From: Octopus vulgaris
Taxonomy: Eukaryota
Length of the DNA: 64,000 nt
Direction of reading: 5' to 3'
NCBI GenBank assembly: GCA_951406725.2
Contig: OX597819.1
Location: 41,044,001-41,108,000, forward strand
A program made the position numbers and the translations under genes. The first letter of the stretch is position 1. Every line of letters begins with the position of its first letter. Below the pieces are notes generated by a model that saw nothing but the letters and a program-made list of their open reading frames with translations, had not been told where the DNA came from and did no database searches. Positions 50,053 to 63,507 of the stretch are shown piece after piece.

Positions 50053-52215
50053 TTTTTTTTCGCGTTGGTAGTATTTTTGGTTAAATCACTTGTGATTCTG
50101 AGTAAGTCGTTTGCTTGTTATACTTATTGAAGGTCTCCCCGTGTGGGTGAACCTAGGATCTGTTAAATTTGTTAAATTTTGAACTATTGTTGCTGTTTTT
50201 GCCTGTTTTGATATTTGTTTTCTTCCCCAATTATGGATGAAGTGGAGAAGAGAGGAGAGATGGAAAATGAACCAGCTGGAAGTTACGCATCAGCCACGAT
50301 TAAAGGAGTATCTACCAACGCCCTGGAAGTAAGAGAAATTAAGATAGAGCCCAGAAAGTGGAAGGAAGGCAGTAGATTGATAGAAAGCCAGTTTAAGGCT
50401 GACTCAAGAATAGATTAACAATGTGGCGAAGGGGACAGTGGTGTACAGAATGCTATCCACGTCCTCTAAAAAGATAGTGGTTGCCCCAATAGAGGCAATA
50501 GAGGAGTGCCTCAAGTACGTAAAGAGGCTTACGACATTTTATACACGTGGAAGGAAGTACGGCACAGTGGAAGTAAGGTTTAGCAACGAAGAAGACGGAA
50601 AAACTACTCCACTGTGCTGATAAGGACACCGGAATGTGTACTTCTGCTGACTTACTGCGGCAAACGCGTCGCAAAAGTAAGAATCGGCAGAGTACCCACC
50701 GAGATTAAGGAAGCATAGCTGGTGGCAGCAGTCATGCACAGAATGGAGGATGAAGTAAAAGTCTTAAAGATTACGAGAACCAAAAAGGTTAATTGATAGG
50801 GGTATGGCCTTGAGATGGCCATACAAGCGAGCCTAAAAGATTTGTACGAGATCACAGAGGAGATCATTCTCCCGGAAGACGTTAGACTAAGAGTAGTAGT
50901 GGAAGGAAGGCCACCAACATGTTTCTTAAGTGGTCAAAAGGGGTACATGAAAGCAGGGTGCCCCAGAAAGAAAACGAAGAGGAGGAGCAAAAAAGTGAAG
51001 AACGGTGTACCGAAGTGGTAGTGCGGGAAAAGGAGAAAGATGGAGGAATCATTCACCGTCGTGAATAGGAAGAAAAGGAAAGAACTGGCGAGTTCTCCAC
51101 CAGAGAGCCAGAAAAGGATGAAGGAGATTGAGATGGAGGAGAAGAGGAACAGGTTCGAGACACTAGCAGAATCAACAATGGAAGGTAGAGTGGCAGCAAG
51201 AAACATCATTGCAACACGTATGGAAGGCTTAGACATTGACGTTTATTTTGGCACACCAAGAGAGGAGCCAAGTGAAAAGACTCGCTCGGACATCCCAGGT
51301 CCGTCGTTGAAGCAAACGGTGGTTAAAAAGAGAAAAAACAAGTGGCATATGGTTACATATGCTAGACGTGTCAGAGCTATGACGTCGGGAACTTCGGTTC
51401 CTGGTAGGGCCACCCAAGGCGGATTGGTTTGACACCGAGTGGTATTAGGGCCACAACCCGGCAGACGGGGCTCTGGTGAAAATCCTCGGAGTGTCTGTTT
51501 CGGCAACCGGCGGCTCCTCTGTCGTTCTGCCCCTGCCTCTGTGGACAATCTGCGGTAAACAGGATGTCTCCACATGCGGGATTGTTGGGGACCGCTTGTG
51601 AAATTCACATATTCCCACGTAACTTCTTCCATGAGTAGAAGAAGCCGACTCAACCCGCCCAGGGTGAATGTCGCCACAAGTACAAGTAAGTACATATGCT
51701 AGAAGTGCGGCAATCGAGCGGAAGATCACGAAGTTTAAATCAATCATATGATTAAGGCTGCCACCGGAGAAATAAATAGAAGAAACCAAGTTGACAAGGA
51801 GAGATACGAGAAACTAAGAGAACTGTTCGGAAGTAGTATAGATCCTTTAGGGGTCGAAATTGAATTCGACGAATTACCATCGGTCGTGGAGTATGAAGAT
51901 TTGAAACACTGAACTGTAAGTAAAATTTTATAAAAAATGAGAGAAAAAAAATAGGCTTTCAAAATTAAAAAAAAAACGATGCTAAAAGAAAAAAAGAGTG
52001 TGTAAGAAAGATTTGTTAATTTGTATAATTTAACTGTTAAATGGTACTGCATAAGAGTGGGGCTCAATGCAGCCATTTCATCATCATCAATTTTATTATT
52101 TTAATACATCTTTCATTTTTCATTCGTTTTATGTTTTTTGTCCCCATTGTGGTGTTCTGTCTGTCCTTGTACTGTACCCTCTATGTTATGGCCTAGGTGC
52201 CAAAATAAAGAATTA
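50053..52215 (+). mobile_element. ORF1-only (no EN/RT) Tx1/L1-related non-autonomous retroelement, degenerate
   Basis: Broken ORF ~50233-51912 with N-terminal SYA, RG.KYGTVEVRF, a decayed CCHC knuckle (VVEGRPPTCFLSGQKGYMKAGCP) and C-terminal LFGSSIDPLGVEIEFDELP. 3' UTR ends aataaagaatta. Flanked by the target repeat cagtcagcgaggtat. Confidence 0.8.
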
Positions 52216-52236
52216 CAGTGAATTACAGCGAGGTAT

Positions 52237-52698
52237 GTAACTATTGGACGAATGCAACCATCGAAGCAAAAATAAGGAAGATGAAGGCAGTAATTAGAGT
52301 TATAGAAGAGGAAAACATAAGAGTCCCAGGTATGGAATGCATTTTAATTGACATGAAAAACTATAAAAAAAAATTGAAAGCAAACTTTGGGGACGAAGTA
52401 AACCCATTAGGGTTAGAAATAAGATACGACCAGTTGCCACCTGTGGTGGAATTTGAAAAACTGAAACCGCTTTGCATTTACTAAGATAATTATTCAGATA
52501 AACGCTGGATTAAAAGTAGTGTAAAAATATAGTTAAAATGGTACTACTCGGAAGTGGGGTCGAGTAGTAGCCATTACATCTTCATTTTTATATAATTTCA
52601 TTTCATTCATCCGTTTATGTTTTTTGTCCCCACTTGTGCTTTCTTGTCTGTTCTTGTTCGTCCCCTCTCTGTGTGTCCTTATAGGCAATAAAGAAATA
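52237..52698 (+). mobile_element. 5'-truncated sister element of the ORF1-only family
   Basis: Encodes KLKANFGDEVNPLGLEIRYDQLPPVVEFEKLK, homologous to the upstream element's C-terminus. Same 3' UTR layout ending aataaagaaata; followed by the TSD at 52699-52713. Confidence 0.8.
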
Positions 52699-53026
52699 CA
52701 GTCAGCGAGGTATGTTGTTCAGGCCAGTCCCGCAAAGACGAGATACGTTGTCATAATGCGGGACATAGGAAACACACATCCTCAGCCAGACGGCCAGATC
52801 TGGGTTGATTAAGTCTAGGTCCGTGTCCTGATGGCTTTCTACTGAACCTCACACGTCATGGTCTTTTTGGCCAGAACTATCTCGATGCTTTCTCTGAAAC
52901 CTCTGCGTTTTTTTTTAATTGTTCGCCTTTTGATCATTCCTGTAATGGTCGCGGTTCCATAGGCCCTACCAAGTGAAAAATGACGTTTCAAAGAATTAAC
53001 TGGGTCTTTGAAATTAACAAGGTCTT

Positions 53027-53350
53027 TGAAAGCGTGTGGCTTAGTGGTTAGAGTAGTGGGCTCACGATCATAAGGTTGTGAATTCAATTCCCGGCGATGT
53101 GTTGTGTCCTTGAGCAAAACACTTTATTTCACGCTGCTGCAGTCCACTCAGCTGGCAAAAATGAGTAGTACCTGTATTTCAAAGGGCCAACCTTGTCACA
53201 CTCTTGAATGTCACGCTTGAATGTCTTTGAGAACTACGTTAAGGGTACACATCTCTGTGGAGTGCTCAGCCACTTGCACATTAATTTCACGAGCAGACTG
53301 TTCAGTTGATCGGATCAATTGGAACCCTTGTCGTCGTAACCGACGGAGTA
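53027..53350 (+). mobile_element. SINE family C
   Basis: Colinear with the reverse complement of 29651-29976. Confidence 0.9.
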
Positions 53351-53455
53351 CCAGTTTAGTTACATACCAGGTCTACAATTATTTGCGCATAAAATACACC
53401 TGTTCATGTGAGTATATATGCTTACGTATGTACATACACACACACATGCACACAC

Positions 53456-53531
<76 letters not shown>

Positions 53532-54018
53532 GTACATTGATACGACGCACACGCTCACATATACACATTATACATATGCAAGTAGATATATGTTTATGTA
53601 TTTATGTATGCATATATGGTATAGTACGAATACAATGAACAATAACAAAAGCCAACACATGAGTAACAACTAAGTTTGACAAATGAGGTATTAGTCTGCA
53701 ATGTGAGTGTATTTGTGCGTGTGTGTGCGTTTCTGTTTGTGTGTTTGTATATATATATATATATATATATATTTCAATTTTAACTAAAACACAACAAACT
53801 GAAAATTCTATACCATAACAAACAGAAAATTCGTAACTAATTTCTCATCAGTCAACGTCCAAAAGATCCTTACAATTTCGGTCCTTTAACGATGTTATTT
53901 TTCACCTCTGGTGGCGCCAGTGGCGAAGAACCATTGGGAATAGCTAAGAAATATACAGGACAATGGCGAAACCATATATGTATACACACACACAGGCCTG
54001 GTGCCTTTACTAGAAAGG

Positions 54019-54077
<59 letters not shown>

Positions 54078-55212
54078 CATTATTATTTAGGTGAGGAGTT
54101 GAGAGAAGAGTTAACACGCCGGGCAAAATGTTTAGGCGCATTTCGTCTGTCTTTATGCTCCGAGTTCAAATTCCTCCGAGGTGGACTTTGCTTTCATGCT
54201 TTTGATGTCAATAAAAAAAGTACCAGTTGAGCACCGAGGTCGGTGTAATCGACTTGTTCCCTCCTCCGAACATGCTACTCTTGTGCCAAAATTTGAAACC
54301 ATTATTTTATAACGACATTCCTAGAGGAGGAAGGACAATATCTACAACCCTTTTTTAGAGTCTCCGGAAATCTTGCCTGAAAACTTGAAACAAAGTGAAC
54401 TCCAATAAAGGTTCAACAGGGAACAGACTATGTCTATTAACCCAAAACAGGAACGGTTATTCCAACAGGTTCCCACGTAGTTTACGTCTACCAAATTTCA
54501 CTCACTCGGCTTTTAGTCGAAGCGAAGCTTTGGTAAAAGACACTTGATCAAGGTGCTATTCTGTGCTATTGCAAGCCGAAACCATGTAGTGAAACGAACT
54601 TAAACAAACAGCTATATCCGCTTCCTTTACGTTGATGATTCGAGTGGAAAGGCATGATTGCCACAATATCCATATCACGATATTAACATTTTTGTTCGAA
54701 TCTTCCAGACCTCAAATTTATTTTTCAGGTTTCATGGGCTCATAAAAATAAAGTACCAGACAAGTACTAGGGTTAATTTAATCAACAGCTGCTTTTCTTT
54801 GACGTGTTATCTTGTGACTTAGAAAACAATATTGATTTCTTATGTAAGCACAGCACCAGAATTGCGTGGGTGGAGTTAGGGGAACAGTCAATTATATCGA
54901 CCACAATACTTGACTGGTATTTTATTTTATCGACCTAAGAACGATGAAAAGTAGAGTCTAACTCGACAGGATTTGAACACAGATAATAAAAAAAAAAACA
55001 TCTTACATATTGCTGCATTTCGTCGCAACAATATGTTTCAGTCATTAGACTGCAGCCATGCAGGGTTCTAGTCAAAGTCTCGGACAATTAGTCGCTTTTA
55101 CCGAATCGCTAGGTTACGTGATCATAAACAAACCATTACCGGTTATCAAACGGTAGTAGGGAGTAACAAATACACACACGCACATGCAAACATGCACGCA
55201 CGTACGCACATT

Positions 55213-55305
<93 letters not shown>

Positions 55306-58300
55306 ACAGAGTTTCTGCGCAGGTTCCTTCAACCAAATTAACTTACAAGACAGAGTCGGCCCGGAGTATAGCTGAAGATACTTTCCCAAGGTGCCGTGCG
55401 GTTGGACTGAACCCGAAACCATGTGGTCGCAAAGCGACTTTCTCAATCATTCAGAAAAGAATATTAACATCATCAATAGAGGGCATAATACCTTGCTTAC
55501 ATAATAATAAATCAATATCATTTTGTTTGTTTTTTAAACAAAGGTACAAGCTGACACAACTGGGAGAAGCAGTCGTTTATCAAATCAGCACCACTATTTT
55601 AAAAGCCCGGGGTTTTCTGCCATTCATTATTCAGGGTCGAACAAAAATACCTACCAATGACATTGAAAGTCTGTCTATCCAATAGACAACTACACGTTTT
55701 CAACGTATACGTTTTGGGGCGTTGTGACAATGCAGTAAATCAATATTAAAAATATAGTTTAATTCAGCAGTAAAACAACTGCTGATGTAAGGTGTTTTTG
55801 ATAGCATTCAATTCTTACACGATATCTATTTTGAGCTTGCAGTGGTGGTGGTGGTGGTGGTAGTAGTAGTCAAGGAAATTACTATTGTTACCCATTTTGT
55901 GGAGAACACTGATGAATCTATTTAACGTCATACGCAAGAGTTTACATAACGACATACACAAAAGTGTATCATGCCTTCTTCGTGACTAATCACCATAAAT
56001 GTTTTTTCTGTTTTGTTTTTTGCTTTTTTTTTTACTTGAGAAACTGGTCGTGCCACCAAATCTATTTCGACCAGTCGCCGTTAGTGTTTGTGTCATGCAG
56101 TTTTAAACACCTGGTTTATGCTTCGTTCTTAATTTAGACCAATAGTCTATAATTTGCTCTTATTAATGATAAAACGGTTAACAACTGATAATTTGTTGTG
56201 CCAAAGAAGGAGCTCCCACGTACTTAGTCGACCTGCGAGAAATAGTGACCAGATCTTCTTCTAACTACACCCTACTATTTTAAAAAGGATACAACAGTCG
56301 ATGTTTTCTGTTGTTCACTATTCCTTGGGCCTGCCTTGAGCCCTAAGAATCATAAAGCCAAAATTTAACTCAGTTTCCATGTGATATAAGTAACTAAGAT
56401 TACAACCTTCACCCTGAACGGGTCGCAGGGTTAACTTACCAGTTATTGCTTGAACTCATTTAAAGCTGAGTGGACTGGAGCAACGTGAAATGAAGTGATT
56501 TGCTCAAAAAAGACAAATCACCGACCGGTCCAGGAGTCGAAACCTCGATCATACGATCGTGAATGCAACATTCTCACAACTAAGCTACGCATCTTCACAC
56601 ACCAATATCTGACTGGTACTTATTTTCTAGGGAACATTAAAGGCAAAAGTCAGCCACCGCATAGTTCTGAATTTGCAACATACATGCGTTTTGTCTGACG
56701 TTCTCACTATTTGTCCAATCCGGATATTGTCCTTAGTTTGGGCTCCAAGCTGGCAATTTTTCAAGGGCGGTGAGCTCGTCGATTACATGCTGTCATTACT
56801 GGACTGGATCTGTATTTTATTGCCCCTGAAAGGATGAAAGACAAAGTTGACCGTGGCGTGATTTGAACGCAGAACGTGAAGAGCTGGAAGAAAAACTGCA
56901 AAGCATTTGTCCGACTCTCTAACGACTCTGCCAATCCACTACGTTCTGTATGCATAAATATAAATGCAGTAGAATCTCACAAATGTAAAACAGAGAGGTA
57001 AAAAAACTATGGTCGACTGATATAATCCAAGTAATTAGTAGATAAAAACTCCATTTAGAAGTGTTTAAAATAAAGAAAACAACAAGCAGGAGAGATAACT
57101 GAAATAAGATCAGGACTTCTAAATGTTTGGAGATCATAGGCAAACCAGAGGTACATCTTGTCTTAAAAACCAAATGGTGAACGCAACAGGCATGTTTCGT
57201 TCTTATTATGGCTCCTCGGCGAAACATATTTTTCATATCGGGGGAGTCTGTATGTGATATAGTTTACTGGCGAGATATACAACAAAGATGATGACGACAA
57301 CAACATCTCTTCATCCAACCTTCTTACGATCTCAGTCAACCGTTATGAAGTCTCATTTCGGGTTCAAAGACTTATTCAGCTGCTGATGTTTTGTATATAG
57401 GAATATAAATAGAGAAATTGTTCCGTTATGATTCACCATCATTTTTTTGTTATTATTATCATCATTTTATTTATCTTTTCTGCTATTAACGTTAGTGGTG
57501 TTGTTACTGTTGTTTAGTTTAATGTGCTAGTCCTGACTGAGCAGATCTTGAGCATCATTTGGTGTACATAGGTCCGGTGCTGTATCAAATAAATGATTCC
57601 CAGTCCCCAATGAAATATAGCAAAATTCAACACTCCCCAAGGAATCCATGGGCCTTCTGGGTCCTAGTACTGCATTACTCATAGCCCCTACCCTAAGACG
57701 GTACCACTGAGCAGACCTCTGGTCAAAGGTTCCCAACTCGACACAAGACCATTCCTTACTCTTGGGTATTGTGTTGTATAACTACCAGTATATATATATA
57801 ATATTAGGGAGTATAACTCCAAACTTACAGGGAAAAATTCAACTTAGCATTGAATCAAATTTCACAATATAAATATATAATGTATAGGAATTAGAGAAAA
57901 ACCACTATTATGTAATTCAAACAATGATAAACATAAACCACACACATATATATATAAAGGGCAAGCAAAGTTAGTGATTGTATTAACCGTCTAAGGGATA
58001 ATAGTATCCGTATTTACTATCGGTATCAATTACCTGTGCTATCCCTGGGCATGGGTATGCAGGCACACTATACTCGTGGGGTACATGTAACAACAGAATA
58101 AGCAAAAGTTTATCAGGAATCAAATTTAAATAATCAGAAAATGGAGAAAACTTTTGATCAACAAACACAAATGAAACCACATCGGTTGATTATTTTTTAA
58201 TACAAAACATGACATAACTTTTCTTACGGCCGTTTCCGCTTTCAATGTTAGTTGGAAATTCCGAAAATAATATTTGTCATCTTCATAGCACATTCGATCT

Positions 58301-58745
58301 AATACATGGAGCTTCATAAGAGCGAATACAAATGCGTAAAATAAAATAAACAAAAGTAAGAGGAAAGAGCAGGGCCTCGAGAAGAGGCTAGAAGGCCCAA
58401 TATATTAAAATCATATCTCGCAATGTGGAGTTTGAAGTCGATAGACAAAAGAGTAAACTAGCAGTGGTCTAGGGAAATATTTACGGGTTATTTCTGTATA
58501 AACGGGAACCCGGGTGTTTGAATAGTAGTGAAATGAAGCCAATACTAGTAAATTTTACATACATACATACATACATATATACATACATACATACATACAT
58601 ACATACATACATACATACATACATACCAGATATATAAATATTATTAAAAATAATATTACTATCCAGGAAGAATAAAGCACAAAAAAAAAGCATAAAAGGT
58701 AGAATTATAAATATAAAAAGCGAATGTACACAAAGTACGATCATT

Positions 58746-58954
58746 GCTAGAAATAGCAGCCGATAAGCTATCGACGCTAAGTAGAGCTCCACTGAATGTT
58801 TACTAGCAGAGATGTTTGCGTCGGTAAATATAGGAAATCTCTGTCTTACCTCTACGGACACTGTTAGAGGAATGAAGGATAACTCAACACTGAAGTTTCA
58901 AACTTTCGGCGAAGCTCTAATAACGCTAATAGCTTACTGGTTGCTGTTTCTAGC
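58746..58954. repeat. Foldback with ~55-bp imperfect inverted arms (old MITE-like)
   Basis: gctagaaatagcagccgataagctat...gagctccactgaatgtt versus aactttcggcgaagctc...atagcttactggttgctgtttctagc. Confidence 0.75.
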
Positions 58955-59014
<60 letters not shown>

Positions 59015-59044
59015 TGTGTGTGTGTGTGTGTATGGGAACAAGCA

Positions 59045-59490
59045 CATGGGGGGACAAACACAGACACAAAGAGACCCCCATATATAGATATTTACACGTT
59101 GGACTTCTTTCAGTTTCCGTCTACCAAATCCACTCACAAGGCTTTGGTCGGCCCGATGTTATAGTAGAAGACACTAGCCCAGAGTGCCACGCAGTGGGAC
59201 TGAACCCGGTGCCATGTGGTTGGGAAGCAAAGAGCTATATCATTTTACGACTGTATTATTATATTAATCGGAAGGCGGTGGGCAAGAGTTGTTACTGCTC
59301 CAGGCAAAATACTTAGCGGCATTTCGTCCGTCTTTACGTTCTGAGTTCAAATTCTGCCCGGATCGACTTTGCCTTTCATCCTTTCGGGGTCAATAAAATA
59401 AGTACTATTCGAGCACTTGGGTCGATGTAATCTACTAACCCTGCCCCATCCCAAAATTTTCTGGCCTTGTGCCAAAATTTGAAACCATTA
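59045..59490. mobile_element. SINE family B (-) followed by SINE family A (+)
   Basis: Family B head reverse-complemented at 59100-59230; family A core at 59272-59490. Confidence 0.82.
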
Positions 59491-59852
59491 TTATTTTATT
59501 CGGTGCTTATACAAAGATCACGAACTCCTGTTTGAGGTACTTCAGCTTCGAAGTCTTTATCATTATAAAGGAGTTTATACGAAATTCTCTTGGATAATGT
59601 TTACGCAAAACAGTTTGAGCATGTATCATCTCAGTACACTATACGGTTTCTGATTCATCTCTGCTGCGTAGCACCTTGGACAAGTGTCTTCTAACAAAGC
59701 TTCGAGCTGCAGATCCTATGAGTGAATTCGGTTGACGGAAGCTGTGTAAAGCCGTCGTGTATATATGTGAATATATGCATGTGTGCTTGTGCATATGTAT
59801 GCATGCGTGCGTGTGTGTACGTATATGTATCTGTATATACGTACGTATGTAA

Positions 59853-60185
59853 AGGCGCACGGCTCAGTGGTTAGAGCGTCGAGCTTACGATCGTGAGATT
59901 GTGAGCTCGAATCCCGGACCGGGCTGCGTGTTGTGTCTGAGCAAGACACTTTATTTCACGTTGCTCCAGTTAACTCAGCTGTAGAAATGAGTTGCGACGT
60001 CATGGGTGCCAAGCTTTATCGGCCCCTTTGCCTTTCCCTTGGATAACACTGGTGGCGTGGAGAAGGGAGGTCGGTATGCACGGGCGACTGCTGGTCTTCC
60101 ATAAACCACCTTGTCCAGACTTGTGACTTGGAGGGTAACTTTCTAGGTGCAATCCCATGGTCAGTGTCGTGACCGAAGGGGGTCC
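59853..60185 (+). mobile_element. tRNA-headed SINE related to family C, with a different 3' half
   Basis: ggcgcacggctcagtggttag A box, gagctcgaatccc B box and shared gagcaagacactttatttcacgttgctccagt core; distinct tail. Confidence 0.8.
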
Positions 60186-60504
60186 CGGCCCGATATATGT
60201 ACGTGTATACGTGTACTTGTGTTTGTCTTCACATCGCTTGATAAACAATGTTTGTTTTCGCTCCCATAAAATTAGCGGTTTGGCAAAAGAAACAACAATG
60301 TGAGCAGCAGACTAAAAAAGATTATGTACTGGGGTTGATTGATTCTACTAAACCCTTCAAGGCGGTGCTCCAGAACAAGTAAAAGAACATCCCTAAACCT
60401 AACCATTTCTTTTCTCATCAGTTTAAGTGTTGGAATACTTTAACTGTATTTTTTTTTTTGCATGTTGGTATCTGGTTTGCAAAATTCTAGAAGGGAAATT
60501 GTAT

Positions 60505-61004
60505 GTTGAAATAGGTGTTGTATCTTGAGAGGGTCATTATGCCAATAATAAACACACGCCCTGGTACTATTTCACTTCTTTCTTTATAACTCAACTAGTT
60601 AAATATTTGCCCAATTAACTAATTGATTGTTTCAGTAAGTGTTCGGTCAGTCAACAGTCTGCTAGGGTTGTCAAAGTCCTTTCGTTTGTCATTTGCCCCC
60701 CACCCTCAATGGTATGCACTCTCTAATTAAGATCTGCTCCAACTTTGTTCAGGAGTCAGATAGACCTGAAGCATACTTGAAATAGAGAGGGCACATCATA
60801 GATTTGACATAGAGAGGTAGCAAATGGCGGCGAAAGAACTCTGACGAACCCAGCTAATTGATTAATTAACTGAACAGTTAATCAAACAAGCGATTGTTTA
60901 AATGGTTAAACGTTGACTAACAATAATTAAAGAAATAAAATAAAACCAGGGCAAGCGTTCAAAACTGGCATAATGACCTTCTTAAAATACATAATTTTTT
61001 TCAA
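60505..61004. mobile_element. MITE-like element with ~80-bp imperfect TIRs, related to the 28.8-kb palindrome
   Basis: gttgaaa..ggtcattatgcca..cgccctggt at the left and accagggc..tggcataatgacc..ttcaa at the right. Arms resemble the arm of 28770-28990. Confidence 0.7.
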
Positions 61005-61083
61005 TAAACTATAAGTTTATTAGTAGAAGTTATTTAAGCTTTAATGCGATTTCTTAGAGCTCATAATCTTTATAACCAGCCTT

Positions 61084-61503
61084 GGATCTTTTCGGTTTGA
61101 ACGGCAGTTTTTTCTAGTGGTATCATATGAAATTGTCACCCATAATTATGACCCTAGTATCGATCTATTGTATTTCAATCTGTTTTAGGGTTAGGGTTAG
61201 GGGTGGGGGAAGGGTATCTTTTTTCTTCACAAATGTAAATAAACCCAATCTGTTTCTTAAACGAGGGACATGTTCATACGGCACAGAATGGTTTTTTTTA
61301 TCTCAATAGACGTCATTGATTGGTTGAAATTTCAGAAATTGAAGAGAAAAAAAGAACAAATATCTTACAAACTATAGAATTTTCTCAAAAAAGTCAAGAG
61401 AAAAAGATGTTTTATAAACACATTCTACCAGTATGCGAAGTTTAAAAGTGTTTAGTTACCTAGAATTTATTTTAAAAAACTGCCGTTCAAACTGAAAAGA
61501 TCC
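61084..61503. mobile_element. Second copy (inverted) of the 34.9-kb MITE
   Basis: Same TIRs and internal sequence with (ttaggg)n; no clean TSD visible. Confidence 0.9.
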
Positions 61504-62041
61504 GCTCTCTTTATTAAATGTGTCTTTTTATGGAGACGTAGGGTGCAGTTCGAAAACAATTTGTGTGTTATTTTTAGCAGGCCGAACGACCACATAGAGA
61601 TTATATCTTTTCTACTTGTTGTCATTATTGCTATTTCTGTTTTTGTTGCTTAAACCCAGGTGTTCTGCCAATGTGTAGACTTTTGACCAAAGGCATTTCA
61701 ACTGCGACGTGATTGTCTCTTCCATTTAGACAAAGTATATCTTTGACAATTTTTTCCAGCGTCCATTTATGTTTATTTGGTTTTGAGCCGTAGGCTGTGA
61801 TAGGAGGAAAATTTTTTTAGGAGTTATTTCTAGTTGATCGAATGACGGCATAGAAGCGCCCTATGTGAGTTTCAAAGAGACAATATTTGAAGAGCTAGAC
61901 GGAGCAGGGTAGACGAGATCAATATTCTTGTTCTTGAATATTTTGCATGTTTGGAGAGACAGACATTTCCCCAATATGTGCGAACTGAATCTCCGATAAA
62001 CATTGCATGTATATATACATGTGTGCGTGCTTGTGTGTTTC

Positions 62042-62079
<38 letters not shown>

Positions 62080-62657
62080 ATACACAGATATACGCGCAGA
62101 GACAGGTACACACGCAACAACAATAAAAACAACACACAGACATTATCTGTTTCCGCTGCACATATTCACACAAACGCATGCGCGCGCGCACACATTCTCT
62201 GACTTCCAATCTCTGCCTGTCTCTGTCTCACTTTTCATTTCCCTCCCACTCTCCTCTCCGCTCTCTCTCTATCTCTCTCTCTCTTTCTCTCTTACACATG
62301 CATACACACACGTATGCTTTCTCTCTTCCCCCTCCTTTCTCTCTTCCTTCTCTTTCCCCTCACTCTCCCTTACAAACACCCATACACACACACATTCATT
62401 CTCTCTCTCTCTCTCTCTCTCTCTTAAACACACACATGCATATGTAGACTTATTTTAAACAAGAACAAAAAAATCTAACATTTAAAGATAAACAAATCTT
62501 GACCAGTTACATACAAACAAGCACACATACGCTCTCTCTCTCTCTCGCTCTCGCACACACACACACACACACACATCAGAACTTAAATTTCATTTGATTT
62601 TGCTTGAAGCAAATAATTACACTTATGATAGCTATTGGTGAAGTAGTTGTAGTAGTG

Positions 62658-62694
<37 letters not shown>

Positions 62695-63189
62695 CAGGAA
62701 GAGAGTGGGATTGATGGTAGGAGATAGATTACCTAGCAACTAGGACAACCGCCAAACTAAGTACTTTCTGCTACATAGTTATGTCCCTTTAGTGTTTTGA
62801 GTTGAAATACCACCTGGGTCAGCTTAACCTCTTATCCTCCGTACTTATTGCAATGGTTGCTGTTGCGGTTACTATTCTGTCTAAGGTCAGCCCTGATCAA
62901 ACTAAACTATGATGATAGATATTCCATTTACCTCGGCTAACCCGTTTGTCTCGGCTCAGGTAAAGATTACCCAAAGCCACATTGTTACATGAGTAATTGA
63001 AATACATAGAAATAGGGGATAATCCGTCCCAAGCCTCATCCAAACTTCCTATAAAAGCATGAAATTATGTTTTATTTGTCCATCCAACAATAGCAAATAC
63101 ATAAATGTATTAAATATATACGTATATGTACGTATGTGTCTGAATGCGCGTGTGTGTGCGCTACGTATATGTTTGTTTGTTAGTTTGTT

Positions 63190-63225
<36 letters not shown>

Positions 63226-63507
63226 CCCGTTATCTTGCTTCTGTCGAACTATGGTTGTGTTTTTAGCAAAATATGCGTGATAAATTTTTTTCTGTATAAA
63301 GTATGAAAATGTGCAAGCTACATGAAATGCATACATGGACGTTAACAAACCGTTTGTACACGCTCTCGCCGCCATTTTTATGCGTGCGTTGTCCATTCAT
63401 AGTTTGTTGTTCGAATTTCAGTTCGTTGGTTGAACAGAATTTTCTGAAAAAAAAAAAAGAAAAAAGAAGGAAAAAAAAACCCCCTGCTCACCACACAATT
63501 TATCTGT

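Noticed and set aside
58215-58292. Possible further hammerhead on the minus strand (augaaga ... GAAAC ggcc GUA)
   Set aside because: A palindromic stem III is present, but the core C3 is missing and stems I and II do not pair; at best a decayed relic.
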